From Antedon mediterranea (Eukaryota; Animalia; Echinodermata), in the NCBI RefSeq assembly GCF_964355755.1, contig NC_092674.1:7936001-8000000 (forward strand): DNA of 64,000 nucleotides, written 5' to 3'. Below, piece by piece: positions 12,001 to 23,600 of this stretch. The notes under the pieces are model-generated. The model was not told the origin of the DNA and made no database searches. It saw only the letters and a program-made list of their open reading frames with translations. Made by a program: the position numbers and the translations under genes. Every line of letters begins with the position of its first letter. Position 1 is the first letter of the stretch.

Positions 12001-15000
12001 GTATTGTATGTTTTTAACTGTTGTTATTTTTATTGTAATTTCAACCTTGGAAGGCAAATTTCATTTACAGTGTATTTGACAATAAATTTGAACTTGAACT
12101 TGAACTTGAACTTGAAGTAATTTGACAAATAATTAAAATAAAAACAAATTGTATCAAAAATAAAATTCGGAATTATTTACGGTCATTAATTTTGTTATAC
12201 ACTATCCCTTCACTTTGGAAACATATGTAAGCTAAAAAATGAAAGCAATACTGGATATGTAATTTAGACTTTACTTTTGACTGTTCTGACTTTACGAAAA
12301 AGAAAACATTTGATGATGCGCAAAAACACTAACGAAAGTACAAAATACCAAACTATATTATTTTTGTTGGTTTTCGTGGTGTATTAATTATTTTGATAAA
12401 TTTAGATAAAACAAAAAAGTTGACAGAAATCGAATGAAAAACATATTGCTGCGGAAACACGAATTGTTAAGTTTTTATGTTCTATATCAAACCATTTGGA
12501 ATCGTTTTGTTTGTGGGTGTTCATCATCATCTACATTTATTTTTATTTCAATGGTTTTGATATTTTGCATTTTCGTTTGTGTTTGGGAGATTTGATACCT
12601 ATTTGCTACTTTTTTAATTTTAAAACTGTGGTTTAGAAGTAAAGGTCATGTCTGCCTTAACAATAATTCGCATGGGATGAAAAAGCGCACTCTTCGCCCC
12701 GGCTCCTGAAAATCATGTTAAGAATTGTCAAGAAAAAATTCAGAACTATTTACGGCCATGATTTTGTTATACACGGAGTATTCCTTACTTTATAAGTGAA
12801 AGCAATAGTGGATATGGGAACTTTGTGGTGATCTAGGGTGCGCATCAGAGAGTGACAATGTGCATGAGAGAGAGGATGAAGTCTGTCAATCAGTAGGCAG
12901 TGTTGGAATAATAATAAAACTACAGCTGACTGACGGACTTTTATGAATAATGTGTTGAAAATAGATGATGATGTTTAATGTTTATTGCTTAATAACAATA
13001 ATAAATGTTATGTTTTAATAATTTGTTTACCTCCGCCAAGGATGTATATGTAGTCGATCGCTTGTATTTGTATCTGTCTGTTTGTTTGTTTGCAAGATTA
13101 CTCAAAAAGTGCATATTACAAGATTTTTACGAAAATGAAAATACAGATAAATATGTGATCAAGGACCAGGGTCCCAATTCTGGACCACTTTTTAGTATTA
13201 TTTTCAGACCTGCCAGATAGGAGACAATTCTCAAAAGCCGGCGAGCAGTCTTAAAGTAACAAGTAACCTGAACTTGCATTTTCTCGAGAACTACATGTCA
13301 AAAAAAAACTTCATTTTTGTACAGAAGCAAGAGTTATAATTTGTGATTTGTAATTTTAAAACATAATTTGATTTAATGTACAGTTTTATATGATTAGTTT
13401 TAAAAACCCTATTTCTTTTCAAATGTACCCGTTTATTTTTGGCGTTGCTGTTCTATTGTTAATCAACTGAAACTATTGTTAGTTGAAAGGCTGGTTACGT
13501 AACCATTACACCAAATCACACACAGCTCGCATTTCCGGTGAAATCTTATGTAAGAGAATTTTATAGTAGGCGGAGGTATGCACTCTCGGAGTATCGTTCT
13601 AATTTTAAGATTATTTATGTGATTTCCAGTTTTACAAAAATTGCCTTTAAATCCTGCTAATTATATTATAATACAATATAAATTAAGCTATTACCAGTTT
13701 TACAAGAAGCGCCTTTAAATCCTGCTGGACAAATACAGACGCCCGTCTTATCGTCACATACTCCACCATTATAACATATGGGACAGTCCATTTCACAATC
13801 TGGAGGATTACATTTTGGTGATGGACAAGCTATTAAATAAAAATAATAAAAATAATAATAATTTGTCCGAAAATGTAAACAGTCTCTCTGAAAGACAAAT
13901 TATAAGGTCAATGTGTTTTCATTTATTAGAACCAATTAAATAATGTATACTAATTTACTTTTAATTTAAAATATTTACATATTAGTATTATGTTCCAAGT
14001 GTGTATCCTAATCAGATATCAAACTACCTTGTTGGTAAATATTACTAATTGACGATGAAAATGCTTTTACAAAGATTTACCTCTAACAATGAGTCTCATG
14101 ATACCATGGTTACCATCCAGGCTATCACCTGTATAACATTCATATACCCCATCATCTTTCATTCGTATGTTTTTAATCACAGCAGAAGTATTACCTCTCA
14201 GATTGTGTATTTCCTCACCATAATTATGTCTCCAACGTAAATCTTCAAGATCACCACCTTTACTGAGATTGATAGTGACATACTCTCCGATACCGACTGT
14301 TATCGTTCTATACTCCATTTCAATAGTGGCTGTAAAATAATTATATTGGTAAACAGATAATAGTAATAGCTATTAAACAAAATATTAATGTTTTAAAGAG
14401 TATGAATAAAATTAGATATTATTTATTCATTATCGTCGTCCTCAAATTGAGAATAACATCATGACCTTACTCACCAAAAGAGGATGTCAAGACAATTGCT
14501 GAATTTGTGACTACTCCATTTTTCTTTGCTTCAAAAGAAAATACACCAACTCTTTCACTGTGAGGTAAGTCAGAAACACCTAGAAACGTGTGATCATCGT
14601 GCACTCGGTATCTAATTGTGCAACTTGTGGGAAATATTTTATTGCTTGGCATATTTGTTGTTCTTTCATTACCAGTATTGCCATCCGTATACGGCCCAGT
14701 ATCATCCCAAGTCACGTCTTCCCCTTCCATATTCTTGTATAATATTCCTACTGATAAATCTCGAATGTCTTTGTCGTCGTAAAGAGCGTATCCTCGAAAC
14801 CAACTACCATTATTGGCAACCAGTGGTGTTTCAGAATATGTTGTTATATCTAATGGATCTTTAAAAATAAAACATCATTTTTATGAGGAGAAAAAAAATC
14901 GGTAAATCGCTCGTAACTTTTACAATTTATAGTCTTCAATGACCGGCAACTAAGTACATACCTGAGGAGAATCCGGAATAAAACCTTAAAGAGAGAGCTA

Positions 15001-15040
15001 TAATCACGTAGAACAAGTTTGGAAAACGTTTAGCCAACAT
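6042..15040 (-). CDS. Gene B: complete kinase-less Tie-like receptor (SP-Ig-Ig-EGFx4-FN3x3-TM-ITAM tail), ~820 aa
   Basis: 13 exons: 14962-15040, 14475-14858, 14081-14329, 13695-13829, 11778-11918, 10881-11012, 10444-10584, 9371-9682 (GC donor), 8987-9054, 8448-8688, 7975-8262, 7799-7877 (TM GYIIGVVIGSLIAAVITVAVIVMMYKR), 6042-6255 (tail ...DTNYQSLSKKYEESEYEEI...EHVYANT...EHVYVNTVD*). Sum 2463 nt with consistent phases. Confidence 0.88.
6335..7254. mobile_element. Palindromic non-autonomous element (two opposed HINE/Helentron-like arms) in gene B last intron
   Basis: Termini ACAAGGCCA...TGGCCTTGT, GACA/GACC microsatellites on both arms, and ~260-bp near-perfect inverted arms (~6465-6725 vs ~6922-7185). 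Confidence 0.75.
7281..7797. repeat. 47-bp minisatellite, ~11 copies
   Basis: Unit TGGATGAAATATCAAGCATAGTAACAGTTTCAGTGTGTGATACTATA repeated head-to-tail, abutting the TM-exon donor of gene B. Confidence 0.95.
11219..11340. mobile_element. Small hairpin MITE
   Basis: CCGATTCTGCTACTGT(C)AAGAGGTATCTATCT ... AGATAGATACCTCTTACAGTAGCAGAATCGG inverted repeat. Confidence 0.65.
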
Positions 15041-16315
15041 ATCCACTGAAGTTTTTACTTGTAGTAAAACTTAAGTCGTGAGAGACTAAATGTTTCGTTA
15101 GTATGCCGTTAGCTTATATATTATACTTCACAATTTAAGCAATGAAACAGATTTCTCACCCAATAACAAAGAAATACAGTAATACAAAACTATTTCCTTG
15201 TTTATTCAAGTGTCAAAAGTATTTAAGTTGAATAGGCCTATATGTAAAATGTTTTTATTCAAAATATTTATTTCAGCTTAGAGAAAGAAATTATATGTGG
15301 AGAAAGACTGTAAACGACGAGGATAGATTTGATTTGTTATGCAAACATACTTTGTTTGAAAGCACTGAATATTTCTCATACTTTCTACACTATCAAACGT
15401 TATGTGACAACAAATGTGATGTGCCCATAATAATGGACACGATGATGTCATATCGCTACCATATTTAAGCATATCGCTACCATATTTGGGCATATCAGAC
15501 ATTTTTTGTCAAAATATTTTGATAATAGGCCTAGAAATGATTGTTTCTAAATGTTTTTATTCATTTATTGTATCCAGGTGATTTTTATAATCCCCAAAAC
15601 AAAAAGTATTTTTTATGGCAAGGAATTTAATCATTTAATGATATTTTACTTTTAAAACTAAAGCGTATAAGGAAATAAATAATAATTTTAAAAATAAGTC
15701 ACCAAGGATCGAAATCTTGGTGTTTATTATTATGATGTGTGTTGTAAATTTTGAAAATAAAAATAGACTATCTTGTCAAACTATCACGTAGGCTATTTAA
15801 TCCTGCTGATATCATGTCGCTTGATATCAAGGAACGATATTTTAACCAACAATATGTATAACATTATAATCTTAAATGATAAAATAACATAATCATGCAG
15901 TACCTTTTAGGAGTATATATTCACACATATTTCTAAATCCATTGCTACAGTATTATAAATCGAATATATTGGGCAGCTGATAATATGCTATTGTCAAAAT
16001 TATTAAATTACACAAAACAAAAGTGTATTACGTCTTCACTCCGAACCGCATTAACCTTTAACTAAATAATTAAATAATAAAACTAAAATAAAATTAATGT
16101 TTAGCTCTGTTATACATGCAAGCGTATTTGAGTGAACATCTATGTCTATGTTTTAACTTAAGTTCTGTTCATCTACATAGTTATCTAATTACATAATATA
16201 GAATGCAGTTTGCACAAATGAGAAAACAAGAAAAAGTATATTTTACCTTTGACCTACATACATACATACACAATGCTCATTTTTAAAAATCAATCTAAAC
16301 CTTTGGTATGTTACT

Positions 16316-16459
16316 TTTTAGTTGCGTGCAAACGCGACTCTACAGCTCACTATGTCGGTCGGTTTGGTCGGTCGGTTAGTTAGTCGGTCGGTCGGTCGGT
16401 CGGTTGGTCGGTCGGTATAAACACTAACTCAAATTAAAGCAGGCTACTGCAGCCTTGTT
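16316..16459 (-). mobile_element. Short HINE/Helentron-like element
   Basis: T-run, hairpin (AGTTGCGT...ACGCGACT), CTACAGCTCACTATG, (GTCG)n, ...GCCTTGTT. Same family as the copies at 6335, 22177, 39683 and 40134. Confidence 0.7.
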
Positions 16460-17408
16460 TATTTGTATTATTCTAAAATAATTATGATTGTTAGTAAAAT
16501 CCCGGACATGTCAATACCTGCAAAACATGACAATCAAATGGGTAATAAATTTATTAGTACGGTTTTTAAATATATATATATATTCAAATCTTAATATGAA
16601 CAAAGTGCAGTGGACTGAATTAAATTAAAATTAATAAAATGCTCTACTTTTACTGAATTTTTAAAATGCCGTCATTAAACCATAATAATTTTGAGTAATA
16701 CAAATATCAAAATCAAATCGTAACCGTTTTTCTTTTTGAAAACGTCCAACAGATCTGTTCTAGTTTCAAGTTCAACAAATCAAAATTAAGTCCATAACAA
16801 TAACCATCTCAAATATCCTGAAATATAAAAGTATTGAAGAAACGTTTGTATAATATATTTTTTTTTCTTTTCTGGTTCACCACCACATTTATTCATTCAA
16901 TGTTTCATTACATATTTTCTAAAAATGTTCTACCATTTTTCGTTATTTTCTGTTTTTCCTCATTGATATCTTAATTTTAACCTTAGTATCATACCATCAA
17001 TACAAAGTATTTACTTCTTAACATTTCTTGTGTTGAATCCTCTATTTAAAATAACCAATTGTATATTAAGTAAAATACTTAACTACATACATCAAATGTT
17101 TACTGCTATTAACCTGCACACACACATAGTGTAGACACATGTAAACATACACATTCATTTATATATATTATATCCTTTCCACAAATGTTTACATTTGCAT
17201 AATATTATACATTAATTATTCGTCAGACTTAGTCCTAAAGGCATACAATACAAACCTTTCAGTTGCTGAACAAAGATGCATAAGTTATGGTGAAGTACAG
17301 TCGCATCTTACAATTATACTAGGCCCAAAAGCTGAAAAAGAAAACACATTACTGAGTAAGATAATACATGATTGGAAGTTTGCGGATTTAATTGTATTTA
17401 AAGCTTAC

Positions 17409-17713
17409 CTTTGATGGTGTTTGTTGATCCAAGTGCACTACTTGGGCCTTCTACTTCAATACCACCAACCTTCCTCGAAAATTGAGAGTAAAATTGAACT
17501 TGCGTATTTGGGATAAGATTATTAATAATAAATACATCATCATCTGGTTCAGTTACTGAAATAAATGAATGTTAGAGTGGATGCTGTCTGGTAGACGGTT
17601 CAGAACTGTACGGTAATGCTATAATTATGGAAAAAAAAAGTACAGAAGATTATTCCAAAGAAAAGATAGGTTTATATAATTATGTTTTAGTTTGGAAATC
17701 GTTTAGCCGACAT
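17409..17713 (-). pseudogene. Collapsed remnant of a B-like paralog (signal-exon stub plus internally deleted FN3-1 exon)
   Basis: ATG at 17713 reads MSAKRFPN* (B: MLAKRFPN). 17409-17618 is a deleted and frameshifted FN3-1 exon (ALPY...NLIPNTQVQFYSQFSR..GGIEVEGPSSALGSTNT). Region ~18490-18670 resembles B's upstream region ~15645-15795. Confidence 0.75.
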
Positions 17714-18193
17714 ATCCATTAAATTTCAGGATAGGTTGTATAATACAATGTATAGCATTAGCAATAACTGCAATAAGTGAAAGACTGACAGTTACAATTA
17801 TTGTCACTATCGTTACCCAATACTATAAAGTATTTTTTTGTAAATTAAGTTGTTGTTCATCAACTTCTGACTGATTTTTGTTTCCTCATACAATTGTACA
17901 GTGCTGCAACTTGAATAGATTCCTCCATGATTCTATACGCTATAGTTTATTTTAGCATAGCGGAGATAAGTAATAGACATTTAAGGTAAATCAGCAAAGA
18001 AAGAGCTGAATAATGAAAATTAATAATATGTTTTTCTATTGTAACAGTATCGTACAATGGGCCGGAGGCTTGTACTCATTGAATAATCAAATGAAATGAA
18101 AATTAATGACAGTGTTTATCGAGAATTAATACTTTGTATTAAAAGCACTGTATATTTCTGACATTTCTTATTATATTAGTTGTTTCTATCTTA

Positions 18194-18323
18194 GGCTCTG
18201 TCTACACTATCAAACTTTATGTGACAAAAACAATTTGATGTGCCCATACATGACCGTATTTGGGTACAAAACACTTTTTTTTGTCAAACTAATTTGATTT
18301 TGATTTTTTGTGTAGACAGAGCT
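18194..18323. mobile_element. PIF/Harbinger-like MITE
   Basis: TIR GGCTCTGTCTACAC / GTGTAGACAGAGCT flanked by TTA on both sides. Related decayed copies at ~15380-15510 and ~24243-24295. Confidence 0.65.
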
Positions 18324-20693
18324 TTACAGTATTATTATACATTTGTTATTTGTCTGATTGCTGCTACCACAAGAAACAATTTTGTTAATGTACGGTATAC
18401 TGTTTCTTTATTTGTTTTGTTTTTAGAGCAAATAATACTAATAACATGTATAATTGCTACACCCGCATTGTATATTCAATATACTTATACTTTTAAAACA
18501 AAAACATGTAATAATATTACGGTAATTGCGTACATCGTATAAGGAAATGAAATAATAATTTTAAAAGTAACTGTACTGCGGATTAGATTCATATTGTTTA
18601 CATTTGTGACGATAATGCTTCGATGCATTTTGATAATAAAAGTATACGTTAAGCCATCATGTAGGCTCTAGTTTGGTTCTCCACTACGTACACAAGTACT
18701 ACCAACTACAAGCGTCTATGTCAATATATTTGCGTCAGTGTGTTATTAAGCTTATTAGTGGAAACACTAATTTAATTTGGTAAATGCCTATGAATTGTAT
18801 TTATCTGTTAACGCAAAACTAAAAATATAGAAACTAAAATATTTAAATCAATTTACAGTTTAATCAATCTAGTGGAGAATTACTATATTTGTAATATTTT
18901 AGGTATGTTAAAGGTTTGTGTTTAAAGTAAGTATATGCAACCAAAAGCTAGATGTCAAAAAATTATACAAAATATGATTACTTTTATAGAGGGCGTATAG
19001 GATCCCAACAATCTCCTGTCTGTCTTCAAACACTGCATCACCCATTTACATTCGTCTTGAACACTTATCAATATTTCAGTAATGTCCTTCAGAAGATCAA
19101 CATTGTTGCAGTATCGTCTTTTTGTACTAAACTATCCACATCTTTCTCATCATCCGATCAAACCTTTTGCCGAAAATATAGTCGGCCGTTCACCAGAGGG
19201 CCGACTTTTGCAAATGTTCCTGTTAAGGTTTGATTTACCTGCGTTAACTGTCAAATCACCAGTTCCATCTGCCAGTTTGATAATATAAGCCCTGTTACCT
19301 CTAGGCCTCGATACGATCTGATTGGTTGGTTGTTTTTTAGTTAATAACCGACACCCAGATGTACTTACCTTTCATTATGCAAGAGCCCTTACTGATGCTA
19401 AAGTATTTTCGGAATATCACGATTAGAAATATTCTCGTTAATGAGTCTTTTTAAGTTCAAGCACACATTAAAGTAAAACATCATTTTTTATTGTGTTTAT
19501 TTTATAGGCATTTATTACATAAATCCATTTTACGATTGTAGCTTTAATGTTTAACGTTCATATAATTTCGTTTCAAGAAATTGGATTTTTATTTTTGTTT
19601 TCATTTTTCATAAATACTGTAGTATATTTTGTATTTGTTTTTCTATTTATATTTGTATACATATGGTATTATTTATATCGCCTTAGTTGACAGGGGCACA
19701 TCACAAGATGACGGTTTCACTAGTTTTGCTTTTCCTCTACACCCTATAACACTCTTGTTTGTGTTATGACTATGACTATGAAGTGACATTTATAATTATA
19801 CAAAAATTTTCAATAGCAAACAAATTACATAATTTGTTACGAAGTGATATATACAATTATTATAATAGAAAAAATAGTGTAGATAAGTAATCTAATAATA
19901 CGGCAAAAGACGACAAAAAAAGTTGAAGGATCCTAACTAGAAAAAAAAATTGTCTCACTACGGAATCCTGACTTAACTAAATATAAGGTAAAAATAGGAA
20001 AATAACAAATAAGAGGCAAAAAAATATAATAATAACGTTTTAAAAGTAGAAGGAACATTTTGAACAGTGAGCAATTATATTTCATATATAGATATAAGAT
20101 TAGAAAATATTGTTTTCAATTTCTCTTAAATAAGTATAGGCTAAATAAATTACTGTATGTACATTTTTAGGGAGTTGATTCCACAGTTTGGGACCAATTG
20201 AAGTAATAAACAATCATGGTTAAAACATAAAAATGGTATTTGCAATGTCTAACCAATCGGTTACAGGAGTATTATTATTATATTAGTTAAAGTTGATTGT
20301 CTGCCTTTAAATCTCAATGTAATAACTACAGTAGCGAAACAAAAATGTTTTATAGAATTTGACATAATTGTATTTGTTTTATTTATCATGCTAAGGCTGT
20401 TGTTATTCTATTTTGCGTGTTTGTTCAAATGAATTATATTTGTCCATTTCCTTTTAAGGTAATATTATTACTATTTTCTACTACGCATCTTGTTGATGTT
20501 TCATAATAATAAGTTTTATTTCATTATTGGTTAAATATTTTTGAAAAAGGAGTACTTGAGATTTTACACTTCTTTTGGAAACATGTTTGTATTTTTAGTT
20601 TATACCTATTCACGTAAATCATTTCTATGGGACTGTAACTACGATTTTGTAAATTGTTTTCACTACTACGGATAATTAAATGCTTTGTATTCT

Positions 20694-23600
20694 TCATTTT
20701 TCAACTATGTTATCATAAATATGTTCCGATAAAGGCTGTTGAGGGTTAGCGTAAACGTGTTCAGGTGGAGAAGTAGTACCAGCAGTAGGATTAATGTCTT
20801 CATATTGACTTCCTTCATATTTTTTAGACAAACTCTGATAATCTGTATCTATTGTACAAACATTTTGTTGCACAGTAGAAGATGTATTTCCATAATTTCC
20901 TGAATGTATACCGGTACGTCTGTATCTAAAATTAACAAAGTGTAGTATTGTTGGTAATATTCACTCGTCGATTTAAAGATGGTAAAGCAGTCAGTATGTT
21001 CTTTATAAGTAATATCTAATTTATAAAGATAGTAATAGTCTAACAATGATACTATACCGTTTGAATATCATCACGATGATAGTAACTGTGATAACTACAA
21101 CACTTAGTGAGGCAATTACAACTCCTATGGCGCAACCTGGAAAAATAAAATTACACATTTTTGATAACTTATTTTGAATAAAGCTTTGGTTTACAAGCTC
21201 GATATTTCTCTATATTTCATTGTTAGTTACTAGTACAAATCCCAAAGACAAATCTAAAAACGTGAAAAAAGTATCACTATTAAAAATGAATGCGGTTTCA
21301 TGTGAACTGCGCGTAAAAGGAGTCCGATATGATAAGGGTTTTAAGGAAATACTACTACACACCTTGACCAGAGTCTGCAGGATCACAATCTGTTTCAAAC
21401 ATGAATTTCTTTATGGCAGATGTCCCATTAACATTTGAATATGACGCTAATACTTTGAAGGTATATTCTTTATTTGACTCAATTCCTTCACCAAACAAAA
21501 TGTCATTGTTTGTTGTAGTCCCTTGCTGAAATATTCCACCTGACAGTTCATAATGGTAGGTCACCTGATAGTCTGGTATGTCACACGTAGAAGTTTTCCA
21601 CTTCATCAGCCAGTGTGTTCCATTTGTGAATGGATTACTTTCTATCGATGGCTCTAATAATTGTAATAATTCAATGATTAAAAATACATAATAATAATAA
21701 TAGTTATTATTCTTCACATCATAATTGTCGATAAGTTTTTTATAAGATCATAATATGAATAATAAACCAACCTAATGGCGGTGTTTGTACCGTTATCTCC
21801 TTTCCCCAATTACCAGCAATTTCCCAGTTATTTACAACTCGAGCATTTACGACATAAGCAGTACAACTTGATAATCCTGATAGTTCTACTTCTAATTGAG
21901 AACTGTTTGTTGTGTTGACTACATCTTGTATATTTCCATCTATGTCAGAGTATTGCACTTGATATCGAAGAATATATTCACACTGTATTTTATTATAATT
22001 ACTAGAAACAGGCTGAAATACAAGATTACATAATAATGTCAATTTCATCTGAAATGGTATTGTACTCTTCAACAATGTTTGCATTCATCAAGCTAATTTG
22101 TGAAGAAAAACAATGATGACCTAGCGAGCTCTCTGAGAACGTATAGATTAAAATAATATATTTATGAACAATTCTAACAAGGCCATATACATGGCTGCCG
22201 TCGCGTGCGCAAATTTGAGTTTGTGTTTACTGACCGACCGACCAACCGACCGACATAGTGAGCTATAGAGTCGCGTTCGCACGCGACTAAAAATGTTTAG
22301 AAACATTTATATTTGCCTCCAAGTATTAATATCCAGTGTCAAAATAACGACAAAAACAATTAGGAATATGAGTTAGTGTTTACCGACCGACCAACTAACC
22401 GAAATTGCAGCTGGAAATGTTAACAAATGTTGAAAAATAATAAAAAACATTTATATTTGCCTCCAAGTATTAATATTCACCGTCAAAATAAAAAAATAAA
22501 TGAATATGAGTTAGTGTTTACCGACCAACCGACCGAAATTGCTCAAAATATTTAAAAATGTTGACACATTTTTAAAAACATTTATCTTTCCCTACAAGTA
22601 TTAATATCTACTGTCAAAATAACGAAAAAATATGAATATAAGTTAATGTTTACCGACCGACATAGTGAGCTATATCAAACACATTGTTACAATACCTTTA
22701 AACTCACGATCATCTTCTTATTTTCAGTGGTGTTTACTTCTATCTCAGGTTCGTTCAAAGGTTCTATGTTATAAAATGGATTAGTGCTGAGCAAATCATA
22801 TATTAAACAAATAACACGTTGTCTAATATGGTATACTTTGGTAAATATTTACTTTATGTACTTTGCAAAAAGAAAGAAAATGAATAACAAAAACATTTTG
22901 TGTTATATGAGAATATAAAGTATGCTCATTTGCACAAAAAATAATGTGTACAAACAAATAATAAATGACATTTATTTAAAATTATCATACCAAAGAGATT
23001 ATAATAAAACCAAATAGGAACGATACAAAATAAATTGCTACAGCATACTGCAAAATCGTGTACATACAGTAATACCATGGACCTATAAATTAGGTCTAAT
23101 TTATAGGTCCATGATAATACATAACGTAGTAGGCTAATTTGCTGAATGACCATGCTTACCAGAACATATTGTGTTGGTTGATCCTAGTATACTTCTTGGT
23201 CCATGTACCTCAATACCACCAACCATCCTCGAAAATTGAGAGTAAAATTGATATTGAGTATTTGGAATGAGATTATCAATAAATAAATCATGATGCGGTT
23301 CTTCTATTGACATAAATGAATTCATTTGAGATGATTTATACGAAAGCTTTCGTTGTGAAATTGTTCCAGTTCCATAGTCTTCATCAAAAATCCAAGTGAC
23401 GTCAAGCATTAAGGCGGTTGCAGTCTGGTTTACAACAGCTGGCGGTTTGAGGCGGTATGGTAATGCTGTGTATAAAGAAATGCACTACATTATCTCATAT
23501 CAAAAAGGTGTACTACTAACAGATAAAGAAAGCACCATGATGTAACTACCACGTTGCGACTTGCAAGGAGTATAATATAATAATTATTATGCCTTAAGAT

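Noticed and set aside
18952-19380. Higher-GC stretch with 93-aa and 68-aa ORFs
   Set aside because: No recognisable motif and stops in the other frames; possibly decayed repeat DNA.
20020-20215. Minus-strand ITSIGPKLWNQLP fragment
   Set aside because: Probably a very decayed CR1/L2 LINE end, too short and broken to delimit.
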